DNA of 60,494 nucleotides from a bacterium. Its GTDB lineage: Bacteria; Patescibacteriota; Patescibacteriia; 2-01-FULL-39-33. Positions 51,054 to 58,709 of the stretch are shown here, piece after piece; position 1 is the first letter of the stretch, and each line of letters begins with the position of its first letter. The DNA is taken from NCBI GenBank assembly GCA_029558735.1, contig JAKQDP010000038.1, positions 1 through 60,494 of the forward strand, written 5' to 3'. The position numbers and the translations under genes were made by a program. The notes below the pieces were generated by a model. It saw nothing but the letters and a program-made list of their open reading frames with translations. It made no database searches and had not been told where the DNA came from.

Positions 51054-51204
51054 GCTCCGCGAACTGGATATTTATCCTTCACCGCTCCGACGGTGAAGGT
51101 CGCCTTCCAGTCAAGACGGCTTCCGCCGTCTTGCCTTCAGGCCGGCCCTCGCGGTCCGTCTCGTCAAATTACTCGCCGGACATCGCTCCGGGCTTCGAAT
51201 CCAG
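51054..51204 (-). repeat. Duplicate of the tRNA-Asn T-arm/acceptor 3' end, interrupted by a 125-nt hairpin-rich insert
   Basis: 16-bp direct repeat GCTCCGCGAACTGGAT at 51054-51069 and 51276-51291; TTCGAATCCAG at 51194-51204. Confidence 0.85.
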
Positions 51205-51239
51205 ACGCAAGCCAAGCAGTTGGCTTGCTTTCGCTTTTC

Positions 51240-51275
51240 AAATAAAAAATACGCCAAAAGGCGTATTTTTTATTT
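51240..51275 (-). terminator. tRNA terminator
   Basis: AAATAAAAAATACGCC-AAAA-GGCGTATTTTTTATTT perfect hairpin abutting the tRNA 3' end. Confidence 0.85.
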
Positions 51276-51276
51276 G

Positions 51277-51616
51277 CTCCGCGAACTGGATTCGAACCAG
51301 TAACCTACCGGTTACACTTGTCTTTAATTTTCATTAAAGTGTGGACTATATCATTACCATAACCCCTGCTTCCCGAAAAAATCGAGAATGACAGATGCCT
51401 TAGGTATCGGGCGCTTCGCCCCGATCCCGAGTACTCGGGATCGGGACTACTCCCATATGGGATAGTCTCTGCACGTTTCTCCGCCGAGGCGGAGACTTCG
51501 CTCAGGATCACCATTTTAAAGGCTTCCCTGAATTCACCCGATTTACATTCCGAGGTTTCCCCCGAAAGCTGCGTATTTGTTCACAGCCGGTTGCTCTACC
51601 ATTGAGCTATCGCGGA
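51277..51616 (-). tRNA. trnN: tRNA-Asn(GTT), intron-split (exons 51616-51583 and 51314-51277)
   Basis: Joined exons TCCGCGA TA GCTC AATGGTA GAGC A ACCGG CTGT^TAA CCGGT AGGTT ACTGG TTCGAAT CCAGT TCGCGGA G form a fully paired 72-nt cloverleaf; CCA not encoded. Confidence 0.95.
51315..51582 (-). ncRNA. Group I self-splicing intron (268 nt) within the anticodon
   Basis: 5' exon ends in U and intron ends in G; P1 GCTGT/GCAGC with U.G pair; P AATTCAGGGAA, Q ATCCTGAGC, R GCAGAGACT, S GATATAGTCC; P3 ATCGGGTG/CGCCCGAT; P9 CTTTAAT-GAAA-ATTAAAG. Confidence 0.93.
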
Positions 51617-51644
51617 ATATTGTTGAGTTGTGAAAAAGAACGTT

Positions 51645-51787
51645 GCCGGTTGCTCTTCCTGGGCAGCGCTGAATGCTCCCAGAGGTTGCATCCATCGTCG
51701 TCTCGCCTGCTCCGCCTATCGGCGGATTGGCTCACTCCTGCCCGTTGGTCGCTATCGCTACCAACCCATTGAGCTATCGCGGAATAT
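51645..51787 (-). repeat. Duplicate of the tRNA-Asn 5' half, interrupted in the D-loop by a 109-nt structured insert
   Basis: CCATTGAGCTATCGCGGAATAT at 51599-51620 and 51766-51787; GCCGGTTGCTCT at 51586-51597 and 51645-51656. Confidence 0.88.
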
Positions 51788-51825
51788 ATTTTTTACAAGG
51801 ACCTAAAAATAATAACACCCTAAAC

Positions 51826-51854
51826 ATTTTAGCAAATTTTAGAGACAAAGTCAA
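51826..51854 (-). promoter_or_regulatory. Promoter of the tRNA locus
   Basis: Minus strand TTGACT-17 bp-TAAAAT with an extended -10 TG. Confidence 0.7.
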
Positions 51855-51863
51855 CAAGTGTCC

Positions 51864-51891
51864 GTAACTCGCAACTCGTAACTCGCAACTC
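51864..51891 (+). repeat. Heptamer tandem array (GYAACTC)x4
   Basis: GTAACTC GCAACTC GTAACTC GCAACTC. Confidence 0.9.
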
Positions 51892-51904
51892 GAAAAAACA
51901 AAAA

Positions 51905-52279
51905 TTATTCCATTATATCTGCCGTTGCCCTGATGAGTCCGTTCAATATTTGCATCACCTGTTTAGCTCTTTGGCCCATGTTTTTATAATCATCAAAAGT
52001 AATAAATCCCAGATCTCTGGATAAAATCAAAAAATTCTGCACCTCGGCGGCCGACCCTCTCGATTGATAATAAAACTTTATTTTATCCTTGAAATGATAA
52101 CGCTCGAAACCCTCCGCGATATTGGCCGTAATTGAACTCGCCGCTCTTCTTAATTGACTTACCAGACCAAAAATCTCGGTTTGGAGAAATTGCTCCGTAA
52201 TTTTATAAACATCCAAAACCAACTGATGGGCGACCTACCAAGCATCCAATTCATAAAAATTTTGAATCTTGCCGTCCAT
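51905..52279 (-). pseudogene. Four-helix-bundle protein (23S rRNA IVP / TIGR02436-like) with in-frame TAG at codon 15
   Basis: MDGKIQNFYELDAW*VAHQLVLDVYKIT..E.FGLVSQLRRAASSITANIAEG..SRGS..E; TAG at 52237-52235. Confidence 0.85.
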
Positions 52280-52294
52280 TTGTAATTTTAATTC

Positions 52295-52315
52295 CGAATT
52301 ACGAATTACGAGTTA
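52295..52315 (-). repeat. Heptamer tandem array (CGARTTA)x3, inverted relative to 51864-51891
   Basis: CGAATTA CGAATTA CGAGTTA; reverse complement is TAACTCG TAATTCG TAATTCG. Confidence 0.8.
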
Positions 52316-52321
52316 TCCCCC

Positions 52322-53638
52322 TTAAAAATCCCTCAGCTTCTCAATTCCTCTGATCTTCTCGATTTTCTCCAGTGCCTTAGCTTCAATCTGACGGATGCGC
52401 TCACGAGTGACATCAAATTCCTGCCCCACCTCTTCCAGGGTGTGGGCCACGCCATCTCTAAGCCCGAAACGCATTTCCAAGACTTTTTGTTCTCGCGGCG
52501 TTAGTTCGGAAATCACTTGTTGGACATAATCACGCAACACTTCCAAGGCCGCCGCCCGGTCCGGACTGATTGTTTTCCTGTCTTCGATAAAATCCTCCAA
52601 GACACTGTCATCGCTGTCGTCGCCGACCGGCGTACCCAAAGAGATGGTCTCCTGGGAAATTTTGATAATATGATTGACCTTGTTCAATTCCTCGCCCATT
52701 TCGGCAGCAACTTCTTCCGGCATTGGCTCCCGTCCCAAATCCTGAACCAAGCGCCGCTCCACCTGCTGAAATTTGTTGATATTTTCCACCATGTGAACCG
52801 GAATACGAATCGTCCGTGACTGATCGGCCAAAGAGCGGGTAATCGCCTGTCTGATCCACCAAGTGGCGTAAGTGGAAAATTTATAACCCTTGTGATAATC
52901 AAACTTATCGACCGCTCGAAACAAACCAATATTACCCTCTTGGATTAAATCCAACAGGGATAAGCTTTTACCGGTAAATTTTTTGGCAATCGACACCACC
53001 AGGCGCAAGTTGGCCTTGATTAATTGCTGACGCGCTTCAATATCACCCCGTTCAATCCGCTTGGCCAACGCTACTTCCTCATCCGATTTTAGGAGCGGCA
53101 CCCGGCCAATTTCCCTAAGATACATCTGAATGGAATCGGCGGAAATGTCACCCAAATTAATATCGCCAGTAGCTAAGGCTTTGACTTTCTTTTTGTCCTT
53201 ATCCGGTTCTGGTTTGGGCGCCTCTTTTTTAATCACCGAAGCGAAAAATCCGTCCCCTTCGACCAAGGCAATATTCTGCCGATCCAGGATTTCCAATAAT
53301 TCTTCATAACGCTCGACATACTCTTCCAATTCCGGCAAGGCCATTAAAATTTCTTGTTCAGTAATAAAACCACGCGATCGGCCCTTTTTGATTAAGTTTT
53401 CGATCGCTTGTTCGTCAGCCTGAATTTTGGTTTTAGAAATTTTTCTTTTTCGCTTCTCCGAAGAGCTGGTCCCCTTGGCGTGTTTGGTGGCTTTCTTCTT
53501 AGTGCCAGCGTTTTTAGTTTTTCGCCGAAGGGGTGACTTGGTTTTTTTGGTTTTCGGAGAACTGGATTTTTTTCTTACCTTTTTCCTGCTCACTTTTTTA
53601 CCGGTAGTGGGTTTGCCTTTATTTTTCTTAGCAGGCAT
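52322..53638 (-). CDS. rpoD: Primary sigma factor RpoD with Lys-rich N-terminal extension
   Basis: [31 protein letters not shown] and [14 protein letters not shown] motifs. Confidence 0.97.
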   Translation of the reverse strand: MPAKKNKGKPTTGKKVSRKKVRKKSSSPKTKKTKSPLRRKTKNAGTKKKATKHAKGTSSSEKRKRKISKTKIQADEQAIENLIKKGRSRGFITEQEILMALPELEEYVERYEELLEILDRQNIALVEGDGFFASVIKKEAPKPEPDKDKKKVKALATGDINLGDISADSIQMYLREIGRVPLLKSDEEVALAKRIERGDIEARQQLIKANLRLVVSIAKKFTGKSLSLLDLIQEGNIGLFRAVDKFDYHKGYKFSTYATWWIRQAITRSLADQSRTIRIPVHMVENINKFQQVERRLVQDLGREPMPEEVAAEMGEELNKVNHIIKISQETISLGTPVGDDSDDSVLEDFIEDRKTISPDRAAALEVLRDYVQQVISELTPREQKVLEMRFGLRDGVAHTLEEVGQEFDVTRERIRQIEAKALEKIEKIRGIEKLRDF

Positions 53639-53671
53639 TGTTTATCTAAAATTATTTTATAGAGTTAAGAG

Positions 53672-55486
53672 TTAGTTATTTTTTTCCATAATCAACTGCT
53701 GGAGCTTGATATAAAGACGTTCACTTTCCGCCTGCTCCCCGCGTTTCTCCGCCGCTATCAACTGCAGTTTCAAATCGTTAATCAGTTGATCGAGCGACAA
53801 ATTTTTTATTTTTTTCACAAGACCAGAAAATTCTTTCTGGGCCGAATCAAAATCAATCTCAACAAAAGAATTCTGGCCGACTAAAAAGGCCTCCTTGACC
53901 AGTTTGTTATCGTCAGCTTCGCCCAGCCAAGTTAACATTGAATCCAGCAAATCACCTTGGCTGACGGAGTTATCCACATCCAATTTGGTAATTGAGTCAA
54001 CATTTTTAGTATAAAATAATATTATTTTTTTGTAAAGGTCGAGGGTGGCCGGATCAGTCAAATAATCAATCAGCCCGGCCTGAGCCAGCTTGCTATATAG
54101 CCGGGGGAAAATAAAGCCCAAACCCAATAATTTTTGGAGTAAATCCAACTGCGGGTTGACCGGCGGAGCAACTGGTGGCTGGCTAACCGGCTGACGAGAC
54201 AAAGCGGCTCCGGCTGATTTGGGTTTGACAATCAATTCGCGCAAAATCGCTTCGGAGATTGACAACCGCTGAGCCAATTCCTTGAGCCAATAGTCCCGTT
54301 CAATCGGATTGCCAATGGCGCTGATTTTGGCCAACAAAAATTGGCCGATTTTTTTCTTAGCTTCCGGCTTGGCCGCTGGCCATTGACCAAACGCTAGGTC
54401 AAAAAAATAATCCAATGCCGGTTGAGCTTGCTCAATGGCCCGGCGCCAATCGTCCGGATTGGTTTTGATGCATTCGCCCGGATCTTTGCCCTGGGCCAAG
54501 GTAAGAACCCGAACATTCATCTCCTGGCTCAAAGCCAAATCAATGCTCCGTTCGGCGGCCTGACGGCCAGCCGCATCCATATCCAAGGCAATCGCCAAAT
54601 TGTTGGAATAACGCTTAAGAAGTTTTATTTGCTCCAGCGTCAGAGCAGTGCCGGAAATCGCTACCACATTCTTGACGCCGATCTGATAAGACGGAATCAC
54701 ATCCATATACCCCTCGACCAAAATCGCCAAGTCCTTTTCCTTGATCGCCGCTCTGGCTTGGTAAAGGCCATATAATACCGCGCTCTTGTTGTAAATGACG
54801 GTCTGGGGCGTGTTGATATATTTGGCCAGGTCATCAACCTTTAGGGCCCGCGCGCCAAAGCCGACCGTTCGGCCATGTAAATCAATAATCGGAAAAGTAA
54901 TCCGATCGCGAAAACGATCATAAAAGCCAATGCCCTGATTTTTTTTGACACTCAAGCCGGCGGCAAATATTTCCGCCTGACTAAATCCCCGCCCGGTTAA
55001 AAATTTCAACAAGTTGTCCCAGGAATCAACCGCATAACCAAGATTAAAATCTTCAATTGTTTCTTCTGACAAGCCCCGCTGCTGCAGGTACGCTCGAGCG
55101 TTCTGTCCTTTGGGCGACTCCCGAAGCACCTTGTGCCAATAACGGGCGGCTAACCGGCAAATATCATAGTGACGATTGCCCTTGTCCTGTTTCGCTTGAT
55201 TCATCCCAGACAGCTTGACCCCCGCTTTATCGGCCAATAGCTTCAGAGCCTCACCGAATTCCACCCGTTCAATGCCCATTAAAAAATCAAAAATATCGCC
55301 GCCGGCGCCGCAACCGAAACACTTCCAAATCTGCTTGGACCGGCTGATCATCAAGGATGGCGTTTTTTCATTATGAAACGGACACAACGCCCGATAGTTC
55401 ATTCCGGCCGGCGTTAACCTTATGTATTCGCTCATCAAATCCACCAGATCCAATTTAGCTTTTATTTCTTCAGTTTCCCGACTCAT
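53672..55486 (-). CDS. dnaG: DNA primase
   Basis: CHC2 zinc finger CPFH..CFGC, DRFRDRI.FP, KYINTP, VEGYMDV and DMDAAG motifs. Confidence 0.97.
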   Translation of the reverse strand: MSRETEEIKAKLDLVDLMSEYIRLTPAGMNYRALCPFHNEKTPSLMISRSKQIWKCFGCGAGGDIFDFLMGIERVEFGEALKLLADKAGVKLSGMNQAKQDKGNRHYDICRLAARYWHKVLRESPKGQNARAYLQQRGLSEETIEDFNLGYAVDSWDNLLKFLTGRGFSQAEIFAAGLSVKKNQGIGFYDRFRDRITFPIIDLHGRTVGFGARALKVDDLAKYINTPQTVIYNKSAVLYGLYQARAAIKEKDLAILVEGYMDVIPSYQIGVKNVVAISGTALTLEQIKLLKRYSNNLAIALDMDAAGRQAAERSIDLALSQEMNVRVLTLAQGKDPGECIKTNPDDWRRAIEQAQPALDYFFDLAFGQWPAAKPEAKKKIGQFLLAKISAIGNPIERDYWLKELAQRLSISEAILRELIVKPKSAGAALSRQPVSQPPVAPPVNPQLDLLQKLLGLGFIFPRLYSKLAQAGLIDYLTDPATLDLYKKIILFYTKNVDSITKLDVDNSVSQGDLLDSMLTWLGEADDNKLVKEAFLVGQNSFVEIDFDSAQKEFSGLVKKIKNLSLDQLINDLKLQLIAAEKRGEQAESERLYIKLQQLIMEKNN

Positions 55487-56066
55487 AATGTTTGAACTTA
55501 ATAATCTGCCTGACTGCTAAACGCAAAACTGCCAGCCCCACCAAAACCAACAGCAACGAATATTTTATATAAGAATTATATTCACTCAGTCTATTCCAGG
55601 AAAAACCCAGCAAATAGCCGAGAGAAACAACTATAATTATCCAAATTATAATACTTAATAAATTGTAATAAAAAAATTTTCGGTAAGGCACTTTTTTGTA
55701 ACCGGAAGTAATCATCGTGACAATCCGGGTGCCGTAAACAAACTTGCTTAGAATGATCAGCTTGCCGTAATGGCTATTAAAATAACGATCCAGCAACCGG
55801 TTGTGATAATTTTTCAAGCACAGCCAATTTTTGCAGGTGAGGATAAAATTTTTTCCCTTTCGACCCAACAAATACCACAAACTATCCGAGAGGATAATGC
55901 CAGCCAAGCTGATCAGCACTACGGCGTAAATATTGAAATAACCCAAAGAAGCCATAAAAGAGGCGGCTAGAATAAAAATCTCACCGCCGGCCACCGCGCC
56001 AAAAAAGACAATTAGATAACCGTACTGCTCCAAAAAATGAAGCGCCATCGGAATTAATTCTTCCAT
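55470..56066 (-). CDS. DedA/VTT family membrane protein
   Basis: GE.FIL.A, D.LWY.LGR, SKFVYGTR and FFYYN motifs. Confidence 0.87.
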   Translation of the reverse strand: MEELIPMALHFLEQYGYLIVFFGAVAGGEIFILAASFMASLGYFNIYAVVLISLAGIILSDSLWYLLGRKGKNFILTCKNWLCLKNYHNRLLDRYFNSHYGKLIILSKFVYGTRIVTMITSGYKKVPYRKFFYYNLLSIIIWIIIVVSLGYLLGFSWNRLSEYNSYIKYSLLLVLVGLAVLRLAVRQIIKFKHYESGN

Positions 56067-56074
56067 GCTTTAAA

Positions 56075-56455
56075 TTATTCGGACTGCCATAAGCCGTGGA
56101 GATTGCAATACTCCCTAGCAATAATAGTCTGACCGCTGATAGTAAACTCGGCTTCCGGCAACTCACCCGGCTTGAGCCAGTGACGATAACTCCGGCCATC
56201 AACAATCGCCTCGATCCATTCAATATAATGACTAACCTCCATCGGATGGGCCACGGCGCCAATTTTAATTTTGATGCCACTAGCAGTCTTGGTAATGACC
56301 GGCACATGTTTTTCGGCCGCCGCGTCAACCGTCCCGGCCGCCAGTTGCTCCATCTCTTTACTACAGCAAACCAGGGTACCACCGCCAACTCGAACTACCG
56401 CCACCATATTCCCGCAGACCGAGCAACGATAAATTTCATTGAGCTTTTTAACCAT
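56075..56455 (-). CDS. dfx: Desulfoferrodoxin / superoxide reductase
   Basis: YRC..CGN, LVCC, EKHVP, HPM..H and CNLHGLW motifs. Confidence 0.94.
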   Translation of the reverse strand: MVKKLNEIYRCSVCGNMVAVVRVGGGTLVCCSKEMEQLAAGTVDAAAEKHVPVITKTASGIKIKIGAVAHPMEVSHYIEWIEAIVDGRSYRHWLKPGELPEAEFTISGQTIIAREYCNLHGLWQSE

Positions 56456-56488
56456 AAAAAATTTAATTATTATAAACCGCCTCTAGCC

Positions 56489-57073
56489 TTAATAGGTCTC
56501 GCACTTCAATTGATAAAAAGCCTGAGCGTGGTCGCAAGACGGGCATCGTAAGGGCGCTTCTTTACCAAAATGCTGATAACCGCATTCGCGGCAAACCCAC
56601 CATGTCTCCTCGTCTTTTTTAAAAATCATATTGGCTTCCACTTCTTTGAGCAGCTTTAAATAGCGCTCCTCATGATGTTCCTCGGCTTTGGCAATAGCCC
56701 GAAAACGAATAGCGATTTCCCGCAACCCCTCTTTTTCGGCAATGTCGGCAAAGACCGGATACATTTCTCTATATTCATACTTCTCACCGGCCGCCGCCGC
56801 CCGCAAATTGGTTGCCGTATCGCCATAAGCGATCGGCGCAGTCGCGCTAACCGTAATTTCCGGCATCGATTCGCCGGATTTATCTTTCAAATCCTGGATA
56901 TGGACAAATAATTTTTTAGCATGCTGACGTTCCTGTTCAGCCACCTCTTCAAAGATGGCCGCAATTTGCTCAAAACCCTCTTTGCGAGCCACGGAAGCAT
57001 AAAAACTATAACGATTTCTAGCCTGAGATTCGCCAATAAAGGCTTTGGCTAGATTTTCCAAAGTTTCTTTCAT
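56489..57073 (-). CDS. rbr: Rubrerythrin
   Basis: [12 protein letters not shown], ExxH pairs and C-terminal CRECG..CPSC rubredoxin-like domain. Confidence 0.94.
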   Translation of the reverse strand: MKETLENLAKAFIGESQARNRYSFYASVARKEGFEQIAAIFEEVAEQERQHAKKLFVHIQDLKDKSGESMPEITVSATAPIAYGDTATNLRAAAAGEKYEYREMYPVFADIAEKEGLREIAIRFRAIAKAEEHHEERYLKLLKEVEANMIFKKDEETWWVCRECGYQHFGKEAPLRCPSCDHAQAFYQLKCETY

Positions 57074-57147
57074 AATTTTTTATTTGATTAATGATTAAAA
57101 CTGGCTATTGTGCTATTTTAACATCAATAAAAATAAAGGGCAAATCA

Positions 57148-57399
57148 CTAAATCGCCCCTTCTTGTTTCAGTTTGGCCAGCTTTTGGGCTGAGCCCCGAT
57201 TATAACCGCCCGGCCGGCCGTCGCTCCTAATGACCCGATGACAGGGTATAGCCGAATCATAGTTCCGACTGAGAATATTACCCACTGCCCGGTACGCCCG
57301 GGGCCAACCGGCTTGACACGCCACCGCCTGATAGGTCCTGGTCTGGCCGGCGGGAATCTGAGAGACAATTTTTAAAACTCGCTGAGAAAAATCTTTCAT
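57148..57399 (-). CDS. MGMT/Ogt family alkyltransferase (C-terminal domain only)
   Basis: IPAG.T.TY, RAVG and PCHRV active site. Confidence 0.9.
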   Translation of the reverse strand: MKDFSQRVLKIVSQIPAGQTRTYQAVACQAGWPRAYRAVGNILSRNYDSAIPCHRVIRSDGRPGGYNRGSAQKLAKLKQEGAI

Positions 57400-57401
57400 A
57401 A

Positions 57402-57842
57402 TCAAATATCGGGGCAATTGTTGGATTTTTTCCAGCCAGCTTGAAGGGCTTCCGCTTCGGAACAGAACCAACTATCGCCGTTATCCAAATTGATTGTTAC
57501 ATTGTCGTAATTCAAGCACTGGGGCAAATGATAAATCTTGTCGCCTTGGCCGTTGATATTGCCTTTAATCTGGCAGCCATTTTCTGAAGGACAATTATTG
57601 GACTTTCTAAAACCGGCTTGCTGAGCCTCAGCTTCGGTGCAAAAATATCTTTCCCGCTGCTTCTGACTGATACCAATCTGGTCATAGCCAAAACACTCCG
57701 GCAAATGATAGACTTTCTCCCCCTCAGTGTTGATATTACCCTTGATTTGGCAGCCGGCCAGATAATTACGAGAAAAATCAGCCTGACAGCCAGCCAAAGC
57801 CAAAACGGCAAGCACCGCCAAAGAAAGCCAAATTTTTTTCAT
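57402..57842 (-). CDS. Lipoprotein with two tandem IKGNI..K.YHLP..F.SE.EA..AG domains (Ada-metal-binding-like, usually nuclease-associated)
   Basis: LAGC lipobox; two repeats CQIKGNIN..G.K.YHLP.C..Y....FC.EAEA.QAG. Confidence 0.8.
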   Translation of the reverse strand: MKKIWLSLAVLAVLALAGCQADFSRNYLAGCQIKGNINTEGEKVYHLPECFGYDQIGISQKQRERYFCTEAEAQQAGFRKSNNCPSENGCQIKGNINGQGDKIYHLPQCLNYDNVTINLDNGDSWFCSEAEALQAGWKKSNNCPDI

Positions 57843-57916
57843 TCTTTTAATAATAATTATTACAATGACAGTATAATCCAAAAAAAGCATTTAAACAAGA
57901 CCTCGTCTTTGACCGC

Positions 57917-58108
57917 TTAATCAAAAATAAATAATTTATCAATAGTAGTTTGAAGCGCCTTAGCCACATCATGAGCCAATTTTAACGATGGATTATACTT
58001 GCCCTGTTCCAAAAAAACAATTGTCTCCCGCCGCACCCGAGCCAACTCCGCCAACTCCTCTTGAGTGATGGCCAATTTGGTTCTGAATTCCTTGATTCGA
58101 TTTTTCAT
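57917..58108 (-). CDS. XRE family HTH regulator
   Basis: MKNRIKE.R..TQEELA..V.RETI..LE.GKYNPSL.LA. Confidence 0.93.
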   Translation of the reverse strand: MKNRIKEFRTKLAITQEELAELARVRRETIVFLEQGKYNPSLKLAHDVAKALQTTIDKLFIFD

Positions 58109-58139
58109 AAAAATTTATTGACTGGTTTAGGGCCGGAAT

Positions 58140-58517
58140 TTATTTATGCCGGCGCAAATATTGAAAGATAAAACTATAAGTCAGCATTATACCGCAGAGC
58201 ATCAGCGACAAAGTCATGCCAATCGCTTCATAGAGCGGGTCAACCTCCCGCCGAGCATAAAAAACAAACATTACCACCACGGCCAACCAGGAACAAATTT
58301 GAATGGACAAGAACGCGGCGCGGCCAGCCAAAGCCCAATCGCGCTCGTCAGCCAACACTCCGGTCACTTGCCGCCGCAAATAAAATAACAACAAAAAACC
58401 GACGACTAAAACGGCAATCGGTACAAAATAATTTTTCAAAACCAGCGCCTGGCTAAAAATTAGCGCTAATACCGCCACCACCACTAATTTGGCCCCTTGA
58501 TACTGTTTGAGAGTCAT
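58140..58517 (-). CDS. DUF2178-like membrane protein
   Basis: Four TM helices with DER motif; paired with the XRE gene. Confidence 0.75.
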   Translation of the reverse strand: MTLKQYQGAKLVVVAVLALIFSQALVLKNYFVPIAVLVVGFLLLFYLRRQVTGVLADERDWALAGRAAFLSIQICSWLAVVVMFVFYARREVDPLYEAIGMTLSLMLCGIMLTYSFIFQYLRRHK

Positions 58518-58523
58518 AAACTT

Positions 58524-58578
58524 ATGTTGGAATTAATTAACATAAATTTATGTTATATTATTCTAACATTATTGTCAA
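58524..58578 (-). promoter_or_regulatory. Promoter with tandem ATGTT-N10-AACAT operators
   Basis: Palindromes at 58524-58543 and 58550-58569; TTGACA on the minus strand at 58578-58573. Confidence 0.65.
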
Positions 58579-58709
58579 GAGCGATTATCGCCGCTTGGGG
58601 CTCCTGTCGATGGCTCGGCCGACCGGTTGTGTTTTTTATCTATTGGAGTAAAATAGAATCACCCCAATCAACAATTGGCTTCGCACCTTAACAAAAAGGA
58701 GGTTTTTCC

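Noticed and set aside
51131-51867. Short ORFs 51131-51337, 51305-51514 and 51673-51867
   Set aside because: They overlap the tRNA, intron and structured repeats and have no protein features.
51864-51891. CRISPR array
   Set aside because: 7-bp tandem units without spacers, and no cas genes in the window.
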